64,000 nt of DNA, taken from assembly GCA_014805025.1 (NCBI GenBank), contig JAAUYR010000039.1:256-64255 (forward strand). The letters are read 5' to 3'. The notes below the pieces were generated by a model. That model did not search any database. It worked only from the letters and a program-made list of their open reading frames with translations, and had not been told where the DNA came from. Position 1 is the stretch's first letter, and each line of letters starts with the position of its first letter. A program made the position numbers and the translations under genes. The stretch comes from Clostridia bacterium (GTDB taxonomy: Bacteria > Bacillota > Clostridia > Christensenellales > Borkfalkiaceae). Positions 46,247 to 56,333 of this stretch are shown here, piece after piece.

Positions 46247-49200
46247 TTAAACTACTCCGGAATCTAACACTATTTGTCTGCGTTTGAATATGTTTACTAT
46301 TACGCAGGTTATTTTTTCTTCCGCCGTACCCGTAATAATTGCGGTCGCTTTTTTATACAGCGCAAGCTGGCGCGAGTAAGTCTTTATAAGCTCCTCGTCG
46401 GTCTTGTGCGAATATTTATAGTCAATTATTTTAACGCCGAAATTGCCCCGTGCTATCAAGTCTATCGCGCCCTGAACAAGCACTCCGTCGTCTGCGCTGA
46501 CACCCGGCAGAATTTCGTTTGCTGGCAGACGGCACAAAAACTCCTGCTCCCTTAAAAGCTCCGCTTCCCTTAAACCGGCAAAGACCGGCATCGTTAAAAT
46601 CTCGGCAAGCTCGTCTACGTTCAAAAGCTCTGCCTGCTCCCTTGTAAGTCTGCCGCTCAAAACAAAGTTTTCTATTTCCGCGCCGATTTCTTTGGTTGAG
46701 TTTTTTGCAAAGTCGCAAAGTTCCAAAAACCTGTGATATGCAGTTCCGCGGTCGGTGCCCGTCTCTCCCTCGCCGCCGAAAAGCGCGTGCTCGGCAAAGT
46801 GCGGCTCATTCTCCTGCATGCGCAGTATTGCCGAAGCCGAGCTCTTAACGGGCAAATCAACGCTCTCCGACTTTGCGTAGCCCTTCATAAACCGCTTTTC
46901 TATTTCCTTAACCAGATTATTATCGGGCTTGAATATAAACGCCTCGGCGTCGGCGCTTGCCGTAAATTCGCCGTGCGGCTCAATTACCTCGGGCGCAAAC
47001 ATACTCATATCGAAGGTATCCGCATAGCACTTAGCTTCCGTAACGTCGACTTCGGAAAACGTCTGCAACTCTTCCGCAAGAATATGCAGTCTGCACATAG
47101 CTCGCGTGCAGGCAACGTAAAAAAGATTAAGCTCGTTTTTCAGCTCCTCGCCGTCGGCGCGCAGCTTTGTAAGCCTGCGCAGCACCGTTTTACCGACGAG
47201 CATATTTTCCCTGTCGTAGTACTTGGGCGCAAAACCGTAAGTCTCGTCAAACGGCGTTTCACTGTAATCCATACCCTTGAAGGTGCGGCAGATATCCGCA
47301 ATTATTACCACGGGGAATTCCAGCCCCTTAGCCGCATGCATAGTCATAATTTTTATACTGTCGGAAGAAGCCGAAGCGGGCGCGGCAACGTCAAAGCCGC
47401 CGGCCTTTATTTTTTGCAGAAACGCGGCAAGCGAAAGCTCGCTTCCCTCGGCAATAAACTTTAAAACGTTTTTAAGTTTTCCGCCGCCGTAAACAGCTTC
47501 CAGACCGTAAGTTTCAAGCAGTTCGTCGGCAAGCTCGCTTACGCTCAAAATCTCTGCAAGCGCACGCAATTTTTCAAGTTTACCCCCGAATATGCTTAAC
47601 TTTCGCGATATTTCACCGGGAAATTTAGCGCCGTAAAGTCGGCAGCATTCGCGGAATGACAGCCCGCTTTCCTTTACCGAAATTCTTATTTGCGCAAGCT
47701 CGTCCTCGGTCAAATCCCCGAGCGGCGAGAGTAGCGCGGTAACAAGCGGAATGTCCTGTTCGGCGTTGTCTATAAGCGATAAAATATCGTAAAACTGCTT
47801 GACTTCTGGCAGGTCGCAAACGTTGGACTGCTGCGCGCCCGAAACGGAATATCCCTCGTCGCGGAGCGCCTTTACAATGCCCTCCGTCGAACCGCCCTTG
47901 TTCTTTCTAGTAAGTATGCAGATATCGCCCGGCTGGGTCTGAACGTACGCGCCGCTCTTTAAGTCGTAGTGCGTTGATTTAAGCTCGCTTTCAACCAGCG
48001 AGAGCACTGCAAGCCCCTCACGCGTATGTCGGCTTTCCCTGCCGTCCTCTTTGACCGAGTAAACTTTAAGCTCCCTTTCTTCCGCCGCGTCTTTGCCGAA
48101 AATATGAATTTTCGCGCCGCCGCAGTTTTCGGGATACCCTCCGCCGGCAAGCATAACACCGCTCTTTGCGTAATCGATGCCGCATGTCGAGCTTTGCATA
48201 ACGAAAGAAAACAGTGCGTTTACAAAGTTCAGAACTCCGTCCGCGCTCCTGAAATTATTCGAAAGCCTCAGCGCCGTTCCTCCGCCGCCCAAAAAGTCGT
48301 TGTACTTTTCGGCGAAGAACAGCGACTTACTGCCGCGGAAGCCGTAAATTGCCTGCTTGACGTCGCCCACCAGAAACACCTCACCGCCGAGCGAGGAAAT
48401 TATTTCTTCCTGCACGGGGTTCACGTCCTGATACTCGTCGACGAACACGTATTTAAACTTTGAATTTATTTCCGCTTTGACGCTCTCATCCTCTAAAAGT
48501 TTAAGCGTCATATGCTCCAAATCGTTGTAGTCGAGTTTGTTCTCGTCGCGCAAAAGTGCGGCATATTCCCTATCGAATTGCAACAAAACGCGCGAAAACG
48601 CCGTTGCAAGCTCGCCGCTTTTTATAAACGCTTCGAACTCGGTTTTCTCGTCTTTGTAATCGCCGCGACACGCGTTGTACTTTTTCTGAATTTCCTCTTT
48701 GAACTTTTTAAACCTTTCACCGGCTTCCTTATCTTCGGGAGGGTCGGTAGGTTTGCGCGTTACTGTAAGCGGCGGTTTTTCGTCGAAAATACCGAGCCTT
48801 GCGCTCTCGGTCAAAGCCGACTTCATCTCGCCCAAAATTTTGAAGTACGCGTCGGCGTTTTTAGTTACGGTAAAATCTTTTTCAAAGCTTTCAACGGCCT
48901 TTATAAGCGTTGCGTACTTGTCCGCGAGCGCGGTTTTAAGTTCAGCGCAGATTTTATCAAAGCCCTCTTTTGTGTACAGCTTTTCCGCACTGCCGAGCAG
49001 TTCGCCGTAATGCGCCGTTGAGCGCACCTTTGAGTAAGCCTCGTCCAAAAGCTTTTTTACAGAAGCGTCGGTGCGCTTTTTCATAAAGCAGGATAAAACC
49101 AGCTTAAAGTCCCTGTCGTCCGTATCGTAAAGCCGTTCGAAAAGCGAGTCCATAGCACGCGCTTTCAAATCTTTTGCGACGGCGTCATCGGCGGAAATTA

Positions 49201-49567
49201 TATCAAAGCCCCCGTCAACGCCGAGGATATAAAAATACGTTCTTATAAGTCTTGCGCAAAACGCGTGAATTGTCGAAATGTTAGAGGCGGCAATTTTTGA
49301 AAGCTGCACTTTCAGCCTTGCCTTGGTCTCGCCGTCCGCGCCGTCAACGCGCGCAATCAGCGCCGCGCGCAGTTTATCTTTCATTTGAGCCGCGGCTTTT
49401 TTGGTGAAGGTTACGGCAAGCACCTCGTCAAGGTCGGCGCCGTTTACGATTGCGCGGACAAGCTTTTCTATCATAACGAAAGTCTTTCCGCTGCCGGCCG
49501 AAGCGGAAACAATTACCTTGCCGCGGCTTTCAACGGCCGCAAGCTGTTCTTTTGTAAGATTATTCAA
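46247..49567 (-). CDS. addA: ATP-dependent helicase/nuclease subunit A
   Basis: UvrD-type Walker A SASAGSGKT, VDEYQD, and a C-terminal PD-(D/E)XK nuclease region (GAIDLI..DYK). Confidence 0.9.
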   Translation of the reverse strand: MNNLTKEQLAAVESRGKVIVSASAGSGKTFVMIEKLVRAIVNGADLDEVLAVTFTKKAAAQMKDKLRAALIARVDGADGETKARLKVQLSKIAASNISTIHAFCARLIRTYFYILGVDGGFDIISADDAVAKDLKARAMDSLFERLYDTDDRDFKLVLSCFMKKRTDASVKKLLDEAYSKVRSTAHYGELLGSAEKLYTKEGFDKICAELKTALADKYATLIKAVESFEKDFTVTKNADAYFKILGEMKSALTESARLGIFDEKPPLTVTRKPTDPPEDKEAGERFKKFKEEIQKKYNACRGDYKDEKTEFEAFIKSGELATAFSRVLLQFDREYAALLRDENKLDYNDLEHMTLKLLEDESVKAEINSKFKYVFVDEYQDVNPVQEEIISSLGGEVFLVGDVKQAIYGFRGSKSLFFAEKYNDFLGGGGTALRLSNNFRSADGVLNFVNALFSFVMQSSTCGIDYAKSGVMLAGGGYPENCGGAKIHIFGKDAAEERELKVYSVKEDGRESRHTREGLAVLSLVESELKSTHYDLKSGAYVQTQPGDICILTRKNKGGSTEGIVKALRDEGYSVSGAQQSNVCDLPEVKQFYDILSLIDNAEQDIPLVTALLSPLGDLTEDELAQIRISVKESGLSFRECCRLYGAKFPGEISRKLSIFGGKLEKLRALAEILSVSELADELLETYGLEAVYGGGKLKNVLKFIAEGSELSLAAFLQKIKAGGFDVAAPASASSDSIKIMTMHAAKGLEFPVVIIADICRTFKGMDYSETPFDETYGFAPKYYDRENMLVGKTVLRRLTKLRADGEELKNELNLFYVACTRAMCRLHILAEELQTFSEVDVTEAKCYADTFDMSMFAPEVIEPHGEFTASADAEAFIFKPDNNLVKEIEKRFMKGYAKSESVDLPVKSSASAILRMQENEPHFAEHALFGGEGETGTDRGTAYHRFLELCDFAKNSTKEIGAEIENFVLSGRLTREQAELLNVDELAEILTMPVFAGLREAELLREQEFLCRLPANEILPGVSADDGVLVQGAIDLIARGNFGVKIIDYKYSHKTDEELIKTYSRQLALYKKATAIITGTAEEKITCVIVNIFKRRQIVLDSGVV

Positions 49568-52500
49568 CGTCTCCGCCCCCCTTTATGTTTTTGACCAGCG
49601 CGGCAATATCCGAGCACTTTACCGAAGTCGTCTTTCTCTCCGCACCGTCGATACCTACGGCAAAGTTACAGCTTCCGCCGGCCTTGCAGTAATCGCAAGT
49701 ACCCTTGGCGGGCGACGGCGTTACGTTGCCGGAGATAAGCTCTTGCGCGCCCTTGTCCGCAACCAAACGCGAGTACTCCAAAAATGCGGCAAAATCTTCC
49801 CTGGGCATTGCCCCGTCTATTTTTCTGCCCGAGAGGTACGCATCTACAAATTCGCTCTTCTGTTTGGGCTGAACGGACTTGTCTGAGGCCGACACAACCT
49901 CGTCGCTGCCGTCCATAAAGCCCTGCAAGCGGAAAACTCCGTCCTGCTTTTCCTTGTACTCGATAGCGGCCGGGAAGTAATACGCGCCGACCGCGCGCTT
50001 GCCCTCCGATACCGATAACAGATAAAGCGGCAACTGCAATTTCGCGCCAGTGTAATACTTAGCCGCGGAAGCGTCGATAGCTCCCGTCTTGTAATCGATA
50101 ATTCTGACCATATCGCCGCTCTTGTCAACGCGGTCAATTCTTCCGAAAATTTTAACTCCGCCGCCGAGGTTCACCTCGCACTTGCACTCGGCCTCGGACA
50201 CCTCAAACGACGAGTTCTTTATTTGCGAATACATTCCGAGTGAAATTTTAACCGCCTCGCCTATTAACGCCTCCGCCGCGAAGCTTCCGCTCTTGGAATC
50301 GGCAAGCGAAGAGTACGGCGGTTTTTTAAGCTTATCTTCCGCAATCTCGCGAGCGCGGTTCAACAGGGTCGGCTCGTCGGAAATTCCGTTTACCTCGGGC
50401 GCCAAGTCCTGCAACACCGAGTGAATAAAATTGCCGTTATCCACGGCGCGCACCGCGCCCTCCTCGCGCTCCTTAACTTTAAGGCCCTGCCGCATAAAGC
50501 TCAAATACGGACAAGAAAAATAAGTTTCAAGCGCAGTCGGAGATATGCCGTTATAGCTCAAATACAGCCGTTGACCGCAGGATATGTCGCGACGAACGCG
50601 TTTTTTAAGCGCTCCGTCGGCCTCGGTTTTAAAGCCGTTTTTGGATAACACCTCGTACACTGCCGAAGCCCCGTCACCCGAAGCGTACTTCTGTAAATAC
50701 TTCAAAGCCGGCAATTTTTCGCTGCAATAATATGGCACGGCCCGGCCGGACTTTTCTATTCTCTTCATATCCACGGCTTTCAGTGCCGCCCCGGAGGGCG
50801 CGGAAAATATAGCCGAAGCATAGGATATAATTTCGCTTGCGCCGCTTTCCTCACCGCCCAGCCTTGTGGGATAAGTCAGATAAAGCTGCTTGCGGAACGC
50901 GCAGATATTCAGCGCTATAGTCTCGCTCCGGCGCGCGTTTACCTGCCGTATCTTAGGGGATATGTTGAGGTTAACGTCCTCCAAAGCCGAAATTTCCCTG
51001 TCGGTCAACAGTGCGCAGTCGGCGCTCGCACCGGGCACATCGCCGGTTAGCCGAGCCGCAAATACCACGTTGGTACCCGTGTTTGCAGTAGCCGACAAAT
51101 CGCCTACGAACACCGCGTCGGACTTGGGCGGAATAAGCGAAATCTTCATTGCGGCAAAGCCGCTTTTTAAAATTTTAACAAACTCTTTTAAAGTGGTAGT
51201 ATCGTTTAAAAGGCTCTCCGCTTCGCTCAATACGCTTAAAACCGCGTCGTATGCGCGCGCGCTGAACTGCGCGGAAGTCGGCCTTTCGTCCTTATAGCTT
51301 TCTGCAAGGCTTTTCAGCTTATTTTGAACGTCAAAACCCTCCAAAAGTGCGCGTACACCCCCACATATGCCCGATTTAACGCCTTTTGAGGTTATTAAAT
51401 CAAGCCCGTTTAAAAAGGTTTTGCGCAAAGCTGTTACCGTTTCGTAATCAAACCCGAACTCTTCTGAAATCTCTTTTTTGGGTTCGCGACGTACTCCGCC
51501 GCGGTAGTTGCCGAGCCTTAATAAATAGTTGCGGTAAATATCCTTTTCGCCTCTTTCCGCAGGGAAAAACGGCGAAGCGATAACCGCGTCAACGTCGGAA
51601 AAATTACAGCCCGACAGCGCGCACAAAAGATAGTTTATTATAAACGCGCAAAGCGGATGCTCGGCAAGCGGCAGCTGTCTGTCCGCATAGTACGGTATTG
51701 CAAACCGCTTGAAGACGCGCGCAAGCGCGCGCTCGCCGCCGTCCAAATCGGGCAGCATAACGGAAATTTTAGCGTAGCGCTCGCCGCCGTCGATGACGTG
51801 TTTTTTGATGCTGGCGGCAATAAACTCCAACTCCTCTTCCTCGTCCGCCGCCTCGAAAACGTGAACCTTATCGGTCGGCATAGCGCTTTTATAAAAGCTT
51901 TCGGGGTTGAAAAGTCCGCGCCGCAGCTCCTCCGCTTCGGGCAAAAGTCCGCCCTCGACAAAGCTGGTTTCGGCGCCGCCGAACTCCGCCGCTGCCCCCG
52001 TAAAACTTAAAAACGCTTCGTTTACGTAAATATCCTCTTCGCCGCCCGTAAACAGGCCGAACACGCTTTCCGCCGAAGAAAACGCGGCGCGCACGCACTC
52101 GGTAACCGTACAGGTGAATGCCTGAAAGCCGAGGAAAATTACTCTGCTGCCGCGGATTTTCGGACTGCTTTCTATAACCGGGCCGAGCTGTTTTAAGTAG
52201 CCGTTCCTGTCCTGCTTGCCGCTGGACTTTAAAAACTTTTCGTATTCCGAATAAATTATAGCCAAATCGTGCAGCTTGCCGCCGAGAATACTGCCGCTGA
52301 CCGAGGCTTTTTCTACGTCCTCCGCAGACACTCGCGAGGAATACAAAAGCGCAATGGTATCGTAGACGGCTTGAGCCGCCGAGGACGACGAAAGCTTTTT
52401 AAAAAGTTGAAGCTTGTCCTTCTGCTCCTCTATTATCATGCGCACGGCCATTGCCGAGCCCTGTGCAGACAAAACGTTGCCGCTGTTGCCCTTTTCCGCC

Positions 52501-52700
52501 GCCAAAAACCTCGCAAACGTATAAACCGAGGTCAAAAAAGTTCCGCCAACCGCGGCGCAGATAGTGCGCTCGGCGGCAAGCGACAGCCTGTCCTCGCAGA
52601 AAACCACGGTTTTTTTGCCGAGTTTTTCGCCGTCCTGCACTAATTTTTTAAGTTTTTCAAGCGCCGAAGAAAGCGCGGCGCAACGGTAGGCTTTAATCAT
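49560..52700 (-). CDS. addB: ATP-dependent helicase/nuclease subunit B (RexB-like, no Walker A)
   Basis: C-terminal nuclease domain with the Fe-S cysteines CPY...CDYCKAGGSC. It overlaps addA by 8 nt. Confidence 0.85.
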   Translation of the reverse strand: MIKAYRCAALSSALEKLKKLVQDGEKLGKKTVVFCEDRLSLAAERTICAAVGGTFLTSVYTFARFLAAEKGNSGNVLSAQGSAMAVRMIIEEQKDKLQLFKKLSSSSAAQAVYDTIALLYSSRVSAEDVEKASVSGSILGGKLHDLAIIYSEYEKFLKSSGKQDRNGYLKQLGPVIESSPKIRGSRVIFLGFQAFTCTVTECVRAAFSSAESVFGLFTGGEEDIYVNEAFLSFTGAAAEFGGAETSFVEGGLLPEAEELRRGLFNPESFYKSAMPTDKVHVFEAADEEEELEFIAASIKKHVIDGGERYAKISVMLPDLDGGERALARVFKRFAIPYYADRQLPLAEHPLCAFIINYLLCALSGCNFSDVDAVIASPFFPAERGEKDIYRNYLLRLGNYRGGVRREPKKEISEEFGFDYETVTALRKTFLNGLDLITSKGVKSGICGGVRALLEGFDVQNKLKSLAESYKDERPTSAQFSARAYDAVLSVLSEAESLLNDTTTLKEFVKILKSGFAAMKISLIPPKSDAVFVGDLSATANTGTNVVFAARLTGDVPGASADCALLTDREISALEDVNLNISPKIRQVNARRSETIALNICAFRKQLYLTYPTRLGGEESGASEIISYASAIFSAPSGAALKAVDMKRIEKSGRAVPYYCSEKLPALKYLQKYASGDGASAVYEVLSKNGFKTEADGALKKRVRRDISCGQRLYLSYNGISPTALETYFSCPYLSFMRQGLKVKEREEGAVRAVDNGNFIHSVLQDLAPEVNGISDEPTLLNRAREIAEDKLKKPPYSSLADSKSGSFAAEALIGEAVKISLGMYSQIKNSSFEVSEAECKCEVNLGGGVKIFGRIDRVDKSGDMVRIIDYKTGAIDASAAKYYTGAKLQLPLYLLSVSEGKRAVGAYYFPAAIEYKEKQDGVFRLQGFMDGSDEVVSASDKSVQPKQKSEFVDAYLSGRKIDGAMPREDFAAFLEYSRLVADKGAQELISGNVTPSPAKGTCDYCKAGGSCNFAVGIDGAERKTTSVKCSDIAALVKNIKGGGDVE

Positions 52701-52706
52701 ACGTTC

Positions 52707-52715
52707 ATTATATCA
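52707..52715 (-). promoter_or_regulatory. Extended -10 TGaTATAAT, 6 nt upstream of the addB ATG
   Basis: TATAAT at 52707-52712 preceded by TGa. ATG at 52700, no SD, no good -35. Confidence 0.45.
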
Positions 52716-52754
52716 CAAAGTTGGCTTAAATTTACTAAATTGTGCATAAAAGTT

Positions 52755-52783
52755 TTTACAATTTTAAATTTGTATGGTATAAT
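52755..52783 (+). promoter_or_regulatory. Promoter TTTACA-17-TGgTATAAT
   Basis: -35 at 52755-52760, -10 at 52778-52783. The 32-nt leader carries an AAGGTG SD. Confidence 0.6.
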
Positions 52784-52815
52784 ACGGCTATAATTGTAAT
52801 TATAAAAGGTGTTAA

Positions 52816-53973
52816 ATGAAAAAACCCGTAGCGTTAATTGCCGTGGCACTTGCGGCAAGCTGTACTCTGACCTTTACGGCCTGCGGCGGAAGCACTAAAA
52901 ACAACGCCGCGCTCAGCTCGAACTGGTACGCGAACACAGCTTTCAAATATATTCAGCCCACCATTACCGAGGGCAACGAAAACTTTACCGCAACCGAAGG
53001 CGCGGAAAAAATAACCTATAAAGTTTCGTATCAGGCTCCCGAAATCGGCAACGGCACTTACGAGGTAAACTACCCCGGCAACAACACTTACACGACGGAG
53101 TTTTACGCAAAAACTTTCGTTGTAAGCGCTTTGACCGACGGAGATTACAGGTCGGGCTATCCTTCCAAGGCCGGCTTTACCGCGTACTACTATAAAACGG
53201 TTTTGGATATTCAGACGATAACCTATAAACTGAAAGCCTCCGGCGAAGAAAAGAGCTTCGAGGGCGACAAGGTTGTAACGGAGTGCTACTTTATGCCCGT
53301 CGGCGATTATTTAAGGCCGCTGTACTCCAAACAGACGGTAAAGAGCACCTCTCCTGCCAACCTTCAAGCAAACGCTCTTGAAAACGGCAATGCGTACAAG
53401 CTTATAGAAAGCGAATACGAAAACTTTTACAGTTACGACGGAAAATCGGCTAAATCCGTTAAAAAAGATATTTTAACGGGCGAAACCACAGTTACAGTAA
53501 ACAATAACCTCGGCGACTGCAAAAACTCGCTTTTCGATTTCACTTCGCTGAATATCGTAGCAAGGGCAACCAACCTCACCACAAGTCTTTCGCAGGTTTT
53601 AAGCCTGTATTCGCCCGAAAGCGGAGTTCAGAACTACACTTTGACAGGTTCCGACACCCCCTTATCCACGGACGAGAGCACGGCGGCAACGCTTAAAACC
53701 GATTTTGAGAACAAGCTTTACGAAAAAGGTCTTTTCAAGCGCGTAAACGACAACGAGGGCAACCCCGTAGGTCTTAAAACCATTGCGGTAAGCGTTTTAT
53801 ACGGCGGCGAAAAATCGGGAGTTTCACAAACCTACTGGTTTGCGGCAATCGATAACGCGGCAAACAACACGGGCAGAACCACACTGCTTAAAATGTCCGT
53901 ACCGCTCACTTATAACCTCGGCACTTTAAACTATACTTTGCAGAGCTTTGAAAGCACTCTTTGGAATAAATAA
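52816..53973 (+). CDS. Lipoprotein of unknown function
   Basis: Lipobox LTFTACGG. Thr/Asn/Tyr-rich beta-type sequence. Confidence 0.6.
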   Translation: MKKPVALIAVALAASCTLTFTACGGSTKNNAALSSNWYANTAFKYIQPTITEGNENFTATEGAEKITYKVSYQAPEIGNGTYEVNYPGNNTYTTEFYAKTFVVSALTDGDYRSGYPSKAGFTAYYYKTVLDIQTITYKLKASGEEKSFEGDKVVTECYFMPVGDYLRPLYSKQTVKSTSPANLQANALENGNAYKLIESEYENFYSYDGKSAKSVKKDILTGETTVTVNNNLGDCKNSLFDFTSLNIVARATNLTTSLSQVLSLYSPESGVQNYTLTGSDTPLSTDESTAATLKTDFENKLYEKGLFKRVNDNEGNPVGLKTIAVSVLYGGEKSGVSQTYWFAAIDNAANNTGRTTLLKMSVPLTYNLGTLNYTLQSFESTLWNK

Positions 53974-53975
53974 TT

Positions 53976-54680
53976 ATGCCTCCTAAAGTTTTCGGGTGGC
54001 AACACCTTGTATATCTTGCAATATTCATAGCCGTTTCGGCAGGCGCGATAGTTGCTATCAAGCTGAAAGTAAAGAGCGAAAAGACGCTGGATATTATAAT
54101 TAAAAGTCTCGGCGGCGCTTTGCTTGTGCTTTTGGTATGGAACAGAATTGCAATCTGCATACACAAAAACAACTGGCTTATGCTTCTGCCGGACAGTTTT
54201 TGCGGCGTTTCCAGCCTCTGTATGGGAATTTGCGCGATTTTCTGCAAGCGCGACGCTCTGCCCTTCCACTACCTTGTATACATTGCGGTGTTCGGCGGCG
54301 CGGCCAACGATTTGTTCCCCTACTACCTGGGACAAGCCGATTACTTTATGTACCCGGCGACGATTTCCGGTATGCTGCACCACAGCTTATCGCTGGATAT
54401 CGGGCTTATAATGCTGCTTACGGGCTACTTCAAGCCCTGCCTTAAAAAGCTTTACGCGTTCCCCCTGGGCGTATGCTTTACGATGGTGTTCGGCATATTC
54501 CTTGTGGACGCGCTCAAATTCGAAACGGCGATGTACATTTACTCGCCTTTGGTAGGCCCTTTGACCTGGTATATGGTATTCCCTGCGGTGACGGCGGCGC
54601 TTTACGGAGCATTGTTCTTATACGAAAAGGTAATACTGCCTAAGATTACAGCTAAAAAACAAACCGGCGCGAGCGATTAA
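53976..54680 (+). CDS. Integral membrane protein, unknown function (possibly YwaF/TIGR02206-like)
   Basis: Six or seven predicted TM helices. Its start lies 2 nt after the lipoprotein gene's stop codon. Confidence 0.55.
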   Translation: MPPKVFGWQHLVYLAIFIAVSAGAIVAIKLKVKSEKTLDIIIKSLGGALLVLLVWNRIAICIHKNNWLMLLPDSFCGVSSLCMGICAIFCKRDALPFHYLVYIAVFGGAANDLFPYYLGQADYFMYPATISGMLHHSLSLDIGLIMLLTGYFKPCLKKLYAFPLGVCFTMVFGIFLVDALKFETAMYIYSPLVGPLTWYMVFPAVTAALYGALFLYEKVILPKITAKKQTGASD

Positions 54681-54697
54681 GCTCGCGCTTATTTTTT
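54667..54697 (+). terminator. Rho-independent terminator with the stop codon in its loop
   Basis: gcgcgagc / gattaa / gctcgcgc followed by ttaTTTTTT. Confidence 0.75.
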
Positions 54698-54718
54698 ACG
54701 GAAATTTAAAAATGGGTA

Positions 54719-54747
54719 TTTACTTAACGCAAAACGGGTGATATAAT
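54719..54747 (+). promoter_or_regulatory. Promoter TTTACT-17-TGaTATAAT for kdgK
   Basis: 17-nt spacer. The leader of about 34 nt carries a GGGGGAA SD. Confidence 0.6.
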
Positions 54748-54781
54748 ATATTATGAAACAGTAATTTTTCGGGGGAAAAAT

Positions 54782-55822
54782 ATGGCTAAAAACACTGATA
54801 AAATAAAATTCATTACAATGGGCGAACTGCTTTTAAGGCTTTCGCCCCCTAACTATGAGAAAATTCGCTCCGCCGACGAGTTCAAAGTAACCTACGGCGG
54901 CGCGGAGGCAAACGTTGCGGCGAGCCTTTCAAACCTCGGCATAGCCGCCTCGTACTTTACCGTCGTGCCCGACTCATCTATCGGCAAAGCGGCTATAAGG
55001 TATCTGCGCTCGAACGACGTGCACTGCTCGCCCTGCATCTATTCGCAAAAGGGCAGAATGGGCATTTACTTTCTGGAAGAAGGCTTCGGCGTGCGCTCGT
55101 CAAAGGTAACTTACGACAGAAAGGACTCTGCCTTCGCCACGTACGATTTCTCCCAGGTGGACTTTAAAACGACGCTTTCGGACTACACCTGGCTGCACCT
55201 TTCGGGAATAACCCCCGCGCTTTCTAAGAACTGCCGCGACCTTGTAATGTACGCGTTAAAGGCGGCTAAGGAGCTTAACATAACGGTAAGCTTCGACTGC
55301 AACTTCCGTTCGGCTCTGTGGAGCTGGCAGGAAGCGCGCGACTGCATAACCGAGTTTTTGCCTTACGTAAACGTGCTTTTCGGCATCGAGCCGTTCAATT
55401 TACCCGGTCCCGACGGCAAGGATATAAAGGACGGGCTTTCAATGAACCCCTCCTATAAGGAGCAGGACAGGGTGTTCCGCGAAATTGCAAAGCGCTATCC
55501 CAACATAAAGGCGATAGGCAGACACGTACGTTACGTGCACTCTGGCAGTGAAAACAGCCTTAAAGCGTTTATGTGGTACGAGGGCGAAACGTACGAAAGC
55601 CGCACCTTCCGCTTTAACATACTCGACCGCGTAGGCGGCGGCGACGCGTTTGCAAGCGGTATGATTTACGCTATTATGCGTCAGATGAACGCCGAGGATA
55701 TAGTCAACTTTGCCGTAGCATCGTCCGTCATAAAGCACACCATGCACGGCGACTTCAACATCACCGACGACGAAGAATCAATTATAAAATTAATGAATCA
55801 GGAATTCGAAATTCGCAGATAA
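54782..55822 (+). CDS. kdgK: 2-dehydro-3-deoxygluconokinase (PfkB family)
   Basis: PfkB signatures GGAEANVA and DRVGGGDAFASG. Confidence 0.8.
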   Translation: MAKNTDKIKFITMGELLLRLSPPNYEKIRSADEFKVTYGGAEANVAASLSNLGIAASYFTVVPDSSIGKAAIRYLRSNDVHCSPCIYSQKGRMGIYFLEEGFGVRSSKVTYDRKDSAFATYDFSQVDFKTTLSDYTWLHLSGITPALSKNCRDLVMYALKAAKELNITVSFDCNFRSALWSWQEARDCITEFLPYVNVLFGIEPFNLPGPDGKDIKDGLSMNPSYKEQDRVFREIAKRYPNIKAIGRHVRYVHSGSENSLKAFMWYEGETYESRTFRFNILDRVGGGDAFASGMIYAIMRQMNAEDIVNFAVASSVIKHTMHGDFNITDDEESIIKLMNQEFEIRR

Positions 55823-55826
55823 AGAC

Positions 55827-55865
55827 AAAACGCTCTCGGACAAATTGTCCGAGAGCGTTTTGTTT
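55827..55865. terminator. Bidirectional terminator
   Basis: aaaacgctctcggacaa / ttgtccgagagcgtttt followed by gtttt. Confidence 0.8.
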
Positions 55866-55874
55866 TAGTTACTA

Positions 55875-56171
55875 TTAAACTATTTTTTCGTGATAAATAA
55901 TTTCTTTGCCGTGCTCTTTTGCATAAAGCAATTCTCTTGAAACAGACTCGCCGATATAACCGCCGAGATTTACGATATATACGGCGTCGGATATATCGAT
56001 TTTTTTGAAATGGGCTTTGGCTAAGCTTTCTTTATCTTCTTCGCTCAGCGTAATCGTTGCATCACCGACGGGGGCAATAACGCAATATCCTTTTTTAATT
56101 TCAAGCTCCGTTGCAATTTCTTGCATTTGCCTTGAAAACCTCATACTTCCGCATAAAGTAACTACTTTCAT
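55875..56171 (-). CDS. Small hypothetical protein, possibly with a nucleoside 2-deoxyribosyltransferase-like fold
   Basis: MKVVTLCGSMRF...DAVYIVN..GYIGESV..E pattern. The gene is AT-rich. Confidence 0.4.
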   Translation of the reverse strand: MKVVTLCGSMRFSRQMQEIATELEIKKGYCVIAPVGDATITLSEEDKESLAKAHFKKIDISDAVYIVNLGGYIGESVSRELLYAKEHGKEIIYHEKIV

Positions 56172-56205
56172 ACCGGCTTTATTCTCCGTTAAATTAAAAT
56201 TTAGT

Positions 56206-56310
56206 TTATAATGCAAAATGCAATATAAAAGAAACCACTGAAAGTATAAGACCTACTGCACCAAGAATTATACCAACTATTCCTAATTTATTGTTGTCGG
56301 GCTTTTTCAT
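56206..56310 (-). CDS. 34-aa hydrophobic peptide (below the ORF-track cutoff)
   Basis: A GGAGG SD lies 5 nt before the ATG. Sequence is MKKPDNNKLGIVGIILGAVGLILSVVSFILHFAL, with a single TM helix. Confidence 0.4.
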   Translation of the reverse strand: MKKPDNNKLGIVGIILGAVGLILSVVSFILHFAL

Positions 56311-56333
56311 AGCAACCTCCGCTAAATTACCGT

